From NCBI GenBank assembly GCA_951804945.1, contig OX638149.1, forward strand, positions 135,966,001 to 136,030,000: 64,000 nt of DNA, in the 5' to 3' direction. Source of the DNA: Podarcis cretensis. Its lineage: Eukaryota. Positions 12,682-25,559 of this stretch are shown here, one piece after another; the stretch's first letter is position 1, and each line of letters starts with the position of its first letter. The notes beneath the pieces were generated by a model. It did not search any database, had not been told where the DNA came from, and was given only the letters and a program-made list of their open reading frames with translations. Made by a program: the position numbers and the translations under genes.

Positions 12682-13292
12682 TCTCTTTTGCTGGCCCAGC
12701 TGATATCACACTCCTTGTGGATAGCTCCACCAGCGTTGGGAGCCGCAACTTCAACACCACCAAGACGTTTGTGAAGCGCCTTGCAGAACGATTCCTGACA
12801 GCAGCCAAGCCTTCGGAGGATGCCGTGCGCATTTCTGTCGTCCAGTACAGCGGCAAAGGCCAGCAGAAAGCGGAGGTGCAGTTTGAGCAGAACTACACGG
12901 TGGTTGCTAATGCTATTGACAGCATGGAATTCATGAATGACGCCACGGACGTGAACGCAGCCCTCCGCTTTGTCACTGGTCTCTACCGGCAGTCCATCCG
13001 TGCTGGAGCTAAGAAGAGAGTTCTGATTTTCTCTGATGGCAACTCTCAAGGCATCACCAGCAGCGCCATTGAGAGGGCAGTTCAAGATGCTCGACGGGCA
13101 GAGCTTGAAATCTATGTACTAGTGGTTGGCACTCAAGCCAATGAGCCCAATGTGCGTGTTCTGGTCACTGGGAAAGCGGGAGAGTACGATGTGGCCTATG
13201 GAGAAAGGCACCTTTTTAGAGTGCCGGATTACCAGTCTCTGCTGAGGGGAGTGTTCTATCAAACTGTCTCCAGAAAAATAGCTGTAGACTGA
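12682..13292 (+). CDS. COL6A1: COL6A1 last coding exon (approx. 35), VWA C2 ending ...SRKIAVD*
   Basis: cag| at 12681, in frame with ORF 12717..13292; DSSTS, VVQYS and FSDGNSQG motifs; TGA stop. Confidence 0.97.
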
Positions 13293-14645
13293 GGGGGTGG
13301 GAGTGGAAGAGCAAAATATATAGATTCTAAGTGTTCAGAAATAAAATATTAGCAGCCAGCTGGATCCATGTTTTTTATACAAAGCCATAGCCCACCCATG
13401 TCCTTACTTTTGAGCTCTGTTTTCTTTGTTGTCCATGAATTCTTCCAGCCTGCAGGGAAAAGCATAGGATGGTTTATTTTTCCCCTACTTTGATATCTCT
13501 CTTAACTGTAACTGAAATGACTATTTTTGTACCATATTTGATGAAGGTAAGCCGGGTTCATAAAGAAACTTCAATGCACTAACCTTATTTCTAAGGTTGA
13601 TAGCACATTTCACATGAATATTAGGGTCCTCTTTCTCAAAATAAAAGGATCCCCTATATTTCATTGCCAAACTAATTTGTTAAATTTGTCTGTTCTTTTA
13701 TTTTTATGTCAAGAAACATGTTGAGTAGCTATTACTGTTTAGGCTACTTAGCTCCTGAAAGATTACATTGTCTTCAGAAATATAAGGTTCATTTCATGGT
13801 ATAGTCACTGCTTTCCACGACAACTATGGAAAGTGCTAAATTTGTAACTTGAGTCATACAATCAAGTTCAAAGTAGGTTACTTTGACAGAAGGATTCAAC
13901 CCAAGAGTATCTACCCAAACTAGAGGGAAGCTGATGTTGTTCATACATGATGAACTTGAGGGCTCATCCACATTGCTGTTTGTCCTGTGATTCCTAGGCA
14001 CGGGTCCGAGAGGTTTTTCTTTCGTCCCACTGCCTTCCCTGGGAAAACCCCCAGTTTACTGCTGAATCAGAACAAACATGAATAGGGCTTTCTGAAGATT
14101 TATGTTTGTTCCGATTCAGCAGTAAGCAGCAGGTTTCCACTGGGAAGCGGCAGGACAAAAGGAGAACCACTTGGAGCTGTACCTAGAAATTATGGGACAA
14201 GCAGAAGAAATTGCGGGTGAGCGCTGAAATTTGCAAAAGTGATATTCCAGTTTAAACAAAACCCGAAAGCCTATGCCGTGAGTTTGGGCCTTTTGGCTTT
14301 GGAGGGCCATCTCCAGCCAACATGAAGTCCATGTCGGTGCTACCCCTGCCATGCCTCAAAGCCTGAGGTTTTACATTGTTCCTATGTTTACACATCAACT
14401 CATGAAAGAGACATTGAATTTAGGAACTGGTTTGGACAGATTTCATCCAGTGTTTCCAATGGTGCTCTTGCTATGATTTCAGTGTTCTTTCTTTTCAAAA
14501 CAGGAAATTGTTTTTAACACTGTGCCTTTTATTGTTTTTTCACCAATATTCATTTTACCACTTCATTTTATTTTATTCCTGTGATTTACTGACAGATGTT
14601 CACTTTGAAAATTTGTTCAAATAAATTGTTTTCCACAGTTTTGGT
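13293..14645 (+). other. COL6A1: COL6A1 3' UTR with AATAAA at 13340, 13640 and 14620
   Basis: repeat-free AT-rich stretch after the stop; distal AATAAA has U-rich upstream and GU-rich downstream sequence; end point inferred. Confidence 0.6.
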
Positions 14646-15030
14646 AGGAGGGAAATTGATTTGTTTCAGTTCTTAAGTTACAAGAAAAAGTTGCACAAGT
14701 AGTGTGTGCAAGGTTGTGTTTGACAATGTGGCTTCATTGCTGCATTTGAGATACCAGAGATAGCCTTGGGTTATTCTTAAATAGTAGTAGTAGTGATAAA
14801 TAAATAACAAGGTGTGTATCGCTTAATTGTTCAATCCTCAAAGCAGTTTCTGAAGCTAAATGCAATGACAATGGGCTGTTGATAGGCCAGAGAACAAGAG
14901 ATTAACAGAAATATCTCTGTGAGCTTCTCTTATTAGGAAGATGTCTGGGACAGGACAAAGCATGGCACTGAAGTTTCAATGAGAAAATTTTTAAAAACTG
15001 CTTGGCATTTGCCTTGGTAAGGCTCTAATG

Positions 15031-15166
15031 CAGTGTTTCCCAACCTTGGGCCTCCAGATGTTTTTGGACTACAACTCCCATCATCCCTAGCTAGCAAGAC
15101 CAGTGGTCAGGGATGATGGGAATTGTAGTTCAAAAACAGCTGGAGGCCCAAGGTTGGGAAACACTG
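15031..15166. mobile_element. hAT-type MITE, 136 bp
   Basis: long TIRs cagtgtttcccaaccttgggcctccag; perfect 8-bp TSD ctctaatg. Confidence 0.9.
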
Positions 15167-15236
15167 CTCTAATGGGCCCCAGGGTCGGGGGGGAATGGGG
15201 GGGGAGCTTGTTAATAGTCCTGTGTGGCACCTTTAA

Positions 15237-15618
15237 AAAAAGATAAAGGACCCCTGACAGTAAAGTCCAGTCACAGACAACTCTGGGGTTGCGGCTCTCA
15301 TCTCGCTTTACAGGCCAAGTGAGCTGGCGTTTGTCGGCAGACAGTTTTTCCGGGTCATGTGCCCAGTATGACTAAGCCACTTCTGGTGCAATGGAACACC
15401 AAAACCAGAGCAGCGCATGGAAATGCCGTTTACCCTCCCACCGGAGCGTTACCTATTTAGCTACTTGCACTTTTTGACTTGCTTTCGAACTTTAGGTTGG
15501 CAGGAGCTGGGACCAAGCAATGGAACCTCACCCCGTCGTGGGGATTTGAACCGCTGACCTTCCAATCGGCAAGCCCAAGAGGCTCAGTGGTTTAGACCAC
15601 AGCGCCACCCACGTCCCT
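15237..15618 (-). mobile_element. Sauria SINE
   Basis: reverse of the gggacg(c/t)gggtggcgctgtgg head; approx. 12-bp TSD tggca(c/g)ctttaa. Confidence 0.9.
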
Positions 15619-15755
15619 TGGCAGCTTTAAGATTGACCAAAGGTCAATCTTAAAATTTGCAACAGTAAGGAAAAAAAGACACAGCAGCAGAGTAACAAGA
15701 TAAAATCCAATTTGCAAAAGGAAATTGAAAAGGTGTGGAGAGCGTAAAGGTTTTC

Positions 15756-17564
15756 TTTTTATATATATAAAATTTTTATTAGGTTTTCACATTTTATAAA
15801 ACAAAAACAAAACATATATATTTTTAAACTCTTATTTTCATTACCCCCTTTCCCTGACTTCCCCCCACCCCCTCTTCATACATCCCAATTCCAAAAATTA
15901 GTTCAGCAAGTTCTTATCTCCCATCTTTAACATATTATTGTTATTTTTAAACTTAATCCTTTTTACTTATCCAAATTTAATTTATCCAATTCTCTTTTAA
16001 ACATTAAATCTTTTTTTTTCTAAGGTCGACCTAATTACCCTTCCACGAATTTCTCCCTTTGTATTTTTGTTAATTATATGTCATAATGGCCAAATACAAA
16101 AATCATAAAATTTTGAAATTCTGTTCTCCCCTCCCTCCCTACCCCAGTTTCCATCCCTTCCCAAGCAATTATCCTAGCCCGGATTCCTCACATCAGAGGC
16201 CTTCAAGTCTCTGTCAGTCTCTCTCTGCCGATTTTGTTGGTAGCCCTTTTTGTTGGTCCTCAGGTCTCGAAGGAATTCTATCTCAGTCACATCATATTTT
16301 CTTCCATCCAAGATACTTAATAGCAGTTGCTGCAAAAAGTCAGTTGATCTCCCATACTCAAGGAGGAAGTCCCAATCATATTTCTTTACTCTTTTGAATT
16401 CCAATATTCCAAGTGCTCCCGGGACTTCCTCCTTCATCTTTCTCATCTTTCGCAGATTTGTAATCCAAAGATCTTCTTCTTTATTTCCTGACAATATGGG
16501 CTTCTGATTGATATTTTCCTGCACTTTTTCCATTCCTCCTTTTCTCTCCACCGGTTCCAAAAAAGTTTTTTCTGGTTCAGCTGCAGATTACTTATCAGGC
16601 AAATCCTTTATGCATTCAGCAGAGTTGTTTGTTTTAGAGTTCAAGGTCATAAGTTCTTTATTCATAGCCGTACTCTGCTCTTGCAGGATTCCCACGAGAA
16701 AAAACATTCTTTCTATCTCTACCAGTAATTTTCCCTCTGCAGCCATTGTAATGTCTCTAGTTCCCCCTAGGGGGATTACAGTTGCTTGATAGTCCTTTTC
16801 CAACAGCCCGTTACTTTGTTGTTTATGACTACATTGTTTCCAGCCACCTCAGTTCAAAAGCAACACTTTTAGTTCAGAAAGTTATTAAATAACAAAGTTC
16901 TTAAATTTTAGCCACCCGTTTGACAGCTCCTTTGACAGCTGTCAAACTCCTTGTTCTTTTTCCTCCGGCTCACACACAGGACGCTCCCGGGTTCGGGGGG
17001 GGGGGTTTACACAAAAGCTTCCAAAACTCCTCACTTTCTCTCCAGCACAAAGACTTCTTCTGTCAAACTCATGGAAATATTTTTTATCTAACACCAAAAA
17101 CAGTACTCTCCACCTTAGTCCACCGATCCTTGCTTTAGATCGTTTGTAGATAGGGGGGTGCGGACTTCCCTTTAGCACATCCCCCGGTTGTACCGAATTC
17201 AAAGATATAGATTTTAAAATCCAAATTCCATTCTACTCACGGGTTATTTGTTTCCAGTCCGAATTTTGGGGGAAAAGTCAGCGCTGTCCGGCCATGGCAC
17301 GCGGCTTCGCTCCACTGAAGTAGCGGTCTACTCTCAGCACCACGCCGCTCCCTGTACCCTCTCCGTAGCCTTTAAAAAGGCTCTTCGTGGGTCAGGGAGG
17401 GCGCTTAAAGGTGCCCACCGAGTCACCAAGTCCGCAGGCTTCCGCGCCTGCGGTTTCTGAGGGTCCCCGCGTCGCCGGCGCAGTAGGACCCGTCTTCAGC
17501 AGAGCCGATTCCCTCCGGAGCTCGGAGGGAATCCGCCATTAGCCGATCGCGCTAACCCGGAAGT
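15756..17564 (-). mobile_element. complete short L1-like retroposon lacking ORF2 (HAL1-like / internally deleted L1)
   Basis: 19-21-bp TSD (gt)ggagagcgtaaaggttttc; CpG-rich 5' end starting ACTTCCGG; charged ORF 16803-16174 with one in-frame stop; AATAAA plus A-rich tail. Confidence 0.75.
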
Positions 17565-18209
17565 GGAGAGCGTAAAGGTTTTCACCTGGTACCAAAAGGA
17601 CAGTAGTGCCAAGCAAAGCTTTACTGAGAGCTCCAAAGCCAGGTCACCATTGCAGAAAAGACTGACTTCAAGATTGACCAATTCAGGCTGCAATCCTGTA
17701 CACACACATAAAAGGAAGCAATCTGCATGAGATTAAGTGGACCTTACTTCTGATCAACATGCGGTCATTGTGGCTTGAAGGGCATTAAGAAAACAGCAGT
17801 GTTTAAAAGTCTACTGTTTCTTTGCAAAGGAGGAGAATAGGAGGAGGAGAATAGGGAGAATAGGGAGAGAACCAGAGTGGGGGGGGTGTAATCCCAGAGA
17901 AGAAGCGATTATGATAGCAGGGACCCCTTCTAAACCAAACTAAGGCACTTTTCAGTTTAGTTAAGTGCTAATTATTTGTAAACCTGCAATTCTTAAGTGC
18001 CCACAGTATCTTTGCAAAGGAGGAGGAGGAGGAGGAGGAGAATGATAAAAATAGAACAGCTTAGCCATGCTGCCAGGCACCTCTACCAAGTCCAGAGTCC
18101 ACCAGCTGCTACTGCCAGTCACTTGCATTTGGGGGTGGTTGTGGGGCGGCTGTTTGGAGTGGGCTTGGCTTTGTGGTCTTCCCTCTGCATCACTTCTGGT
18201 GGCGGGTGC

Positions 18210-18428
18210 TGCCTCCTTACAGATAATTCAACAGTCCGTCTATGAGCACTTAAAAAAGGATACAAAGAGCCAACATGGATTTCTCAAAAACAAGTATGTC
18301 AGACAAATCTCATTTCCTTTTTTATAGAGTTACAAGCTTGGTGGATCAGGGGAATGCTGTGGATATAGTATATCTTGATTTAAGTAAGACTTTTGACAAA
18401 GTCCCCCATGGTATTCTTGCGAAGAAGT
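18210..18428 (+). mobile_element. CR1 LINE RT fragment
   Basis: SQHGFLKNK...VDQGNAVDIVYLDLSKTFDKVPH motifs, frameshifted. Confidence 0.85.
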
Positions 18429-18429
18429 G

Positions 18430-21426
18430 GGGGGTGGGGGTGGGGTGGATGTTTGGTTGGGCTTGGGGAATTTTTTTGATTTTGTTGTTTTTGTAATTTT
18501 TAGTTTTTTGTTTTTTGTTTGTATTGTTTTATTGGTTTTGTCTGTTTGTTGGTTTGTTGGTTTGTTTGTTTGTTTAAGGTGTTATTTTGTTCTTAAGGGG
18601 AGGGGTCAGGGCTCCCAGGGAGTGGGCCCCAGCCCACAAAATGGCTGGGGCATGTTCCACAGGGAGGGATGCACTGGGACAACCGATCTCAGTGATCACG
18701 GGTAGGAGGAGGAGTTACGCTAAGATTAGACCATGTCATTACAGAGGGGGCAGGTTTAGTCGTTGTCTGAGGACTATTCCTGCCTCTGGGTCTGGTCCTG
18801 ACCGGATGGATACTAGAATCAGCAAGGGATACCCACATGACCTGAAGGTGCTGCTGTGCAATGCCAGGTCAATGATTCATAAGACCACTTGATCATGGAT
18901 GGAGGATTTGACCTGGCATGTGTAACAGAGACTTGGTTGGATGAAGCAGATGGGCCTGTCCTTGCCGCTGCTTGTCCACCAGGTTTCTCTTACGCACAGC
19001 AACCCAGGTCATGTGGGCGGGGAGGGGGGGTTGCAGTGATTTTTAGGAAGTCGTTAGTTTGCATCAGGCGTCCTATTGGGAAGACCCAGTTTTCCGAGTG
19101 CATGTTCTGGAAGTTGGGCAATAGGGGCAGTACAGGATTCCTTTTGGTGTACCGACCTCCCCGCTGCACCAAGGATTCCCTGCCCGAGCTGCTTCAGGTC
19201 GTGGCGCATGTTCTCCTGGAGACACCTAGCTTGGTAGTCCTAGGGGATTTTAACATCCATGCCGACATGACCTTACAAGGGGCCGCTCGGGACTTCATGG
19301 AAAGCATGGCCTCCATGGGGCTGTCCCTGAATAAGTCTGGCCCAACCCATAGCCGCGGACATGCCTTGGACCTGGTGTTTACCTCTATGGATGAGAAGGG
19401 ATCTGACACTAAGTAAAAGCGAAACGAAAGAAGTGCCATGGTCAGATCACTTCCTGGTGCAACTGGACTTCTCTGCAACCCATCCCCTCTGCAGGGAGGT
19501 GGGACCAATTCAGATGGTCCGCCCCCGCCACTTAATGGATCCAAATGGTTTCCAGAGAGTGGTAGGGGATGCTTTATCCCATGTTGATGGCCTTTCAGCT
19601 GATTCCCTGGTGGCCCACTGGAATGTGGAGTTAACGAGGGCTATTGACTGTTTGGCTCCGAAGCGCCCTCTCCGATTGCATGGAGCCCGGACAGCCCCAT
19701 GGTTTTCCACGGAACTGAGGGAAATGAAACAATCGTTGAGACGGCTAGAGCGCCGGTGGCAGATAACTCATTCCGAATCTGACCGGACACAGGTTAGAGC
19801 TCAACGTCGAGCCTACCAAGTGGCGATAGCGACGGCGAAGAAGAATTTCTTCACCGCCTCTATTGCATCTGCAGAAAACAGCAGCAAGAGACTTTTTCAG
19901 GTGGTTCACAATTTAGCGGAACCACCTGCAACATTGGGGCCCAGTACGGGCCACATGTTCTCCTGCAATGATTTTGCAAAGCTTTTTGCAGATAAAATCG
20001 CTCAGATTTAGGAAGAAGTAGACTCCACCGTGGGAGCAGGGCCGGGGCGGGAGAGTGCTAGAGTCCTGTCTAGTCAAATTGAGTGGGATCAATTCCAATC
20101 CGTTACCCCCGAGGATGTGGACAGGCTGCTTGGACAAGTGAAGCCAACCACCTGTCTCCTGGATCCTTGCCCATCCTGGCTTATAAAAGCTAGCCGGGAA
20201 GGACTGGGCGATGGGCTTCATGGGGTGGTGAATGCTTCCCTCCGCTTCTTAAAAAAACATCTTTAGATGTGGCCACAATGGCCAACTATCACCCAGTCTC
20301 AAATCTTCCATTCTTGGGCAAGGTGATTGAGCAAGTGGTTGCTGAACAACTCCAGGCACGCCTGGAAGAAGCGGACCATTTGGATCCCTTCCAGTCGGGA
20401 TTCAGGCCTCATCACGGGACTGAAACTGCCTTGGTCGCACTGGTTGATGATCTCCGGCAGGCTAGGGACAAAGGTGAGAGCTGTTTCCTAGGTCTGCTGG
20501 ATCTCTCAGCGGTGTTTGATACCATCGACCATAACATCCTTCTGGACCGTCTTGAGGGGCTGGGAGCTGGGGGCACTGTCATACAGTGGTGCCGCTCCTT
20601 CCTCCTGGGCCGTGTTCAGAAAGTGGTGGTGGGGGATGAGTGTTCAGACCCCTGGGCTCTCACTTGTGGGTCCTAAATGGGGTAACTGTGCCCCTGAAGG
20701 ACCAGGTACGCAGCCTGGGAGTCATTTTGGACTCACAGCTGTCCACAGGTCAAATCTGTGTCCAGGGCAGCTGTTTACCAGCTCCATCTGGTACGTAGGC
20801 TGAGACCCTATCTGCCTGCGGACTGTCTCGCCAGAGTGGTGCATGCTCTGGTTATCGGGAGTAGCTTGGACTACTGCAATGCGCTCTACTGCAATGCGCT
20901 CTCCGTGGGGCTACCTTTGAAGGTGACTCGGAAACTACAACTAATCCAGAATGCGGCAGCTAGACTGGTGACTGGGGGCGGCCGCCGAGACCATATAACA
21001 CCGGTCTTGAAAGACCTACATTGGCTCCCAGTACGTTTCCGAGTTCAATTCAAAGTGTTGGTGCTGACCTTTAAAGCCCTAAACGGCCTCGGTCCAGTAT
21101 ACCTGAAGGAGCGTCTCCACCCCCATCATTCTGCCCGGACGCTGAGGTCCAGCGCCGAGGGCCTTCTGGCGGTTCCCTCATTGCGAGAAGCAAAGCTACA
21201 GGGAAGCAGGCAGAGGGCCTTCTCGGTAGTGGCACCTGCCCTGTGGAACGCCCTTCCAGCAGATGTCAAAGCGATAAGCAACTACCTGACATTCAGAAGA
21301 CATCTTAAGGCAGCCCTGTTCAGGGAAGTTTTTAACGTGTGATATTTTACTGTATTTTTGGTTTCTATGGAAGCCGCCCAGAGTGGCTGGGGAGGCCCAG
21401 CCAGATGGGCGGGGTATAAATAATAA

Positions 21427-21468
<42 letters not shown>
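18430..21468 (+). mobile_element. L2-clade LINE, long degraded copy (APE endonuclease plus RT; 5' boundary approximate)
   Basis: LCNARS, VTETWL, LGDFN, LDLVF, SDH (EN); DPFQSGFR..HGTETAL, LLDLSAxFDTIDH (RT); HITPVLKDLHWLPV; frameshifts; (TTA)n tail. Confidence 0.92.
21428..21468. repeat. (TTA)n microsatellite (L2 tail)
   Basis: directly visible. Confidence 0.95.
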
Positions 21469-21469
<1 letters not shown>

Positions 21470-23284
21470 CCCTTGCTATCGCTGAAGCCAAGGAGCCTGC
21501 ATTCACTCCATAGGACGCACACACATTTCCCCTTATTTTTTGGAGGGGGAAAAGTGCATCCTATAGAGTGAAAAATACGGTAATTTACTAAATCACTGCA
21601 GAATTGAATGATAAGGAAAGGATTCATAAAATTTCCTAAGAATTTGTCTATAACAAATTTTGCTTGTACATGTTGCCAGCTGAATAGAATTTCTGAGCTC
21701 ATAATTTATTGAAGCAAATATTTACAAGGAAAGACTGCTAATCTCCAAATTAGCATTTTCCTTCCAAGTAGCTGAACTTTGTGATATGTAGGTTGAATGA
21801 AAATCCAGCTGAAGGAAGATTTTGTAATACCAGACAAAAAGAATGCAATCTATGAGTGCTGGACACTTCACTGGAAAGTCACCAGGCACAGTGGGGTGGG
21901 TGACAGAAGCCAGATTTGGTCCACTATGTACTTTAGGAGTCATAACTCCTTCCGAATGTAGACAGATCATGTACTGAGAATAAAGAATGAGAACATGTAG
22001 CATCTCCACTGCCTTTATAACATGGCTATCATAAATGGCTATCATAAATCACTGCATAATTATCTCAGTTGGCAGCACATCAACAGTCAACAACTAGTCA
22101 GCCATTCTCCTCCCTGGAAGTCCTTGGGAGTGAAATGGCCAACCTTCATATAACCTAGTCCCAGACCATTTACGCTAAACAGGCACATCAGAAAGAATGT
22201 GCTGAGCAGGCCAAAGGACAGGACAAAATGCTGCCACCTAAGATGACCATCATCTAATTTTTATACCTTGAAGTTAGAAGCAGCCTTCTGAGTAGATCTG
22301 GGGAACAACTGGCAACTAGTGAGGGCCTTAAAAGCAGCCAGAGAGCTCCATTCTAGTTAACAATATGAGTGCTCTGTCCACAGAGAGGAGCAACTCCTTA
22401 CATTTGAGTAATCCAGCTGATTTTTATTATGTTGGGCCATTGAAAGTGGTAATTGGTTACACAAGAAGAGACAGGTGAACAGAAAGAATCTTCCTGTGAT
22501 GTCCGCAATGGACGAGGAAGTTCAGCTGTTTTTCTAAAATGTACCTAGATGAATAAGATCCTAAAGAAGGGCTTTCGCATTTCAAGGCTTAAATCCCATT
22601 TACACAGTGGGAGAGCTAGGCATGTGCTTTACTTTCTCCCATTGAAATCAATGGGACTTTTATTTTAAGTTGCTTTGGCTGGATCATGCTCAATTTCTTA
22701 GGGATGCATCTGAAATGTCCTAAATGTACCTTTGCAAATGGGCCAAGTATGAGTAACCATACAAACGCAGGCACCATGCACAGACATGGATTAAAAAGCT
22801 GAGACTGGCAGGGGCATTTTTTCAGGACAGAATCTGCACAGGCTGCTCACTCCACGACTGATGCTGATGAAAAAGGCAGAGTTGCCTGAGGTATATTTTG
22901 CCTCCCTGGCCTTTGGAGAAGGCCTGTCCTGCCCCCCGAGAAGCCCCAGCCCTCTTCAGTTTTAGAAAAGGAAACAACTGACCACAAGTTTAATACTTCA
23001 CTTTGGCCTTAGTGGAAGATGACTCATTTCAATCAGCCACATCTGGATTAACTTACCGCTCTCTCCAAAAAGTGCTGGGAAACAGGGAAACAAACAGATG
23101 TGTGAGGCCGATGTCTGACTCCCACTTCTGGTTCGAAGATGATTGTAAGCCTGGGGCCAAGGCTTTCTTACTTTTATTCCTGCACTGTCCTGAGTGATGG
23201 TAGGCATTTTTATTAATAAGCTCACTCTTGATAATGCCATAATAAATAACATGTGATATTTTGTGTGCATCTAAGTGAGAGGCA

Positions 23285-23448
23285 CAAGGAGAAGGGGACG
23301 ACAGAGGACGAGATGGTTGGATAGTGTTCTCGAAGCTACCAGCATGAGTTTGACCAAACTGCGGGAGGCAGTGGAAGACAGGAAGGCCTGGCGTGCTCTG
23401 GTCCATGGGGTCACGAAGAGTTGGACACGACTAAACAACAACAAAAAC
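23285..23448 (+). mobile_element. BovB 3' fragment
   Basis: TRRRGRQRTRWLD...VTKS coding end and (CAA)n tail. Confidence 0.88.
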
Positions 23449-23461
23449 AAGTGTGAGGCAT

Positions 23462-23806
23462 GGGATGCGGGTGGTGCTGTGGGTTAAACCACAGAGCCTA
23501 GGGCTTGCCGATCAGAAGGTCGGTGGTTCGAATCCCCGCAACGGGGTGAGCTCCCGTTGCTCGGTCCCTGCTCCTGCCAACCTAGCAATTCGAAAGCACA
23601 CCAGTGCAAATAGATAAATAGGTACCGCTCCGGCGGGAAGGTAAACGGCATTTCCGTGCACTGTTCTGGTTCGCCAGAAGTGGCTTAGTCATGCTGGCCA
23701 CATGACCTGGAAGTGGTACGCCGGCTCCCTTGGCCAATAAAGCGAGATGTGCGCTGCAACCCCAGAGTAGGCCACAATGGTCAGGTGTCCCTTTACCCTT
23801 TACCTT
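23462..23806 (+). mobile_element. Sauria SINE, near full length
   Basis: tRNA-like head with B box ggttcgaatcc; (ACCTTT)n tail. Confidence 0.92.
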
Positions 23807-24289
23807 TAAGTGAGAGGCAGGTAAAGAAACGGTCTAAGTAGTAAATCAACAACCATTTATGTTGGTGTCACTTACGCAAACTTAAGAGGTTACTGAGAGC
23901 CAAGCCTCTTTAAGAACAACAGCAACCCCTAGTTCACAGCCTGTTTCAGCTGCTTGGAATAGTGGTGCTGAATCAGTGAGGTTCCTCCTGCGCCTGCGAA
24001 GGGCTCTTCCCAACAGGAGGTCTACTGTGTAATCGGTGTTGCTCATGCCCACAAATTTTTAGCAGCATCCACACAACCTCTTTGTCATCAAAGCACCAGG
24101 CTGTACTTTTTCACACTGAATCCAGATTTCCCCCTACTGCAGAAAACAGAATAAGTAAAAATAGCCTGCTGTACATCTGCACTCACTGCTGGTGTGGAAA
24201 GTCATTGACAAAGTCTTCTTGGTGGGCAATTTGCCTCCTGTGTGGCAATGTTTAGGTCTGTGGCCTCATACAACATATCTTTACTTTTC

Positions 24290-25440
24290 GTTCTTTGTTG
24301 TTGTTGTTTAGTCGTTTAGTCGTGTCCGACTCTTCGTGACCCCATGGACCAGAGAACGCCAGGCACTCCTGTCCTCCACTGCCCCCCGCAGCTTGGTCAG
24401 ACTCATGCTGGTAACCTCGAAAACACTATCCAACCATCTCGTCCTCTGTCGCCCCCTTCTCCTTGTGCCCTCCATCTTTCCCAACATCAGGGTATTCTCC
24501 AGGGAGTCTTCTCTTCTCATGAGGTGGCCAAAGTACTGGAGCCTCAGCTTCACAATCTGTCCTTCCAGTGAGCACTCAGGGCTGATTTCCTTCAGAATGG
24601 AGAGGTTTGATCTTCTTGCAGTCCATGGGACTCTCAAGAGTCTCCTCCAGCACCATAATTCAAAAGCATCAATTCTTCGGCGAGCAGCCTTCTTGATGGT
24701 CCAGCTCTCACTTCCATACATCACTACTGGGAAAACCATAGCTTTAACTATACGGACCTTTGTTGGCAAGGTGATGTCTCTACTTCTCAAGATGCTGTCT
24801 AGGCCTGTCATTGCCCTTCTCCCAAGAAGCAGGCGTCTTTTAATTTCGTGGCTGCTGTCACCATCTGCAGTGATCATGGAGCCCAAGAAAGTAAAATCTC
24901 TCACTGCCTCCATTTCTTCCCCTTCTATTTGCCAGGAGGTGATGGGACCAGTAGCCATGATCTTCGTTTTTTTGATGTTGAGCTTCAGACCATATTTTGC
25001 ACTCTCCTCTTTCACCCTCAATAAAAGGTTCTTTAATTCCTCCTCACTTTCTGCCATCAAGGTTGTGTCATCTGCATATCTGAGGTTGTTGATATTTCTT
25101 CCGGCAATCTTAATTCCAGCTAGGGATTCATCCAGCCCAGCCTTTCGCATGATGAATTCTGCATATAAGTTAAATAAGCAGGGAGACAAAATGCAGCCTT
25201 GTCGTACTCCTTTCCCAATTTTGAACCAGTCAGTTGTTCCATATCCAGTTCTAACTGTAGATTCTTGTCCCACATAGAGATTTCTCAGGAGATAGATGAG
25301 GTGATCAGGCACTCCCATTTCTTTAAGAACTTGCCATAGTTTGCCATGGTCGACACAGTCAAAGGCTTTTGCATAGTCAATGAAGCAGAAGTAAATGTCT
25401 TTCTGGAACTCTCTAGCTTTCTCCATAATCCAGCGCATGT
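24290..25440 (-). mobile_element. BovB (RTE) LINE, 5'-truncated, with uninterrupted 376-aa RT C-terminal ORF 25438-24308
   Basis: FIDYAKAFD, GVRQGCILSP and LRYADD motifs; (CAA)n tail. Confidence 0.95.
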
Positions 25441-25559
25441 ACCTATTATTAAATTTATTCCTTCATTCATTCATTTCAGGTATTTATTTATATACAGTAC
25501 TGCTAAATAATCAGAATTTCTAAGTGTGATACATAAAAATTTTTTTACAACCATATAGA

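Noticed and set aside
23462-23560. tRNA-like A/B boxes as tRNA genes (also 44296, 26460, 55950)
   Set aside because: These are SINE heads followed by SINE bodies and tails; I see no complete cloverleaf.
24336-25277. 313-aa plus-strand ORF
   Set aside because: Antisense shadow of the BovB RT frame; the same peptide recurs opposite other BovB fragments.
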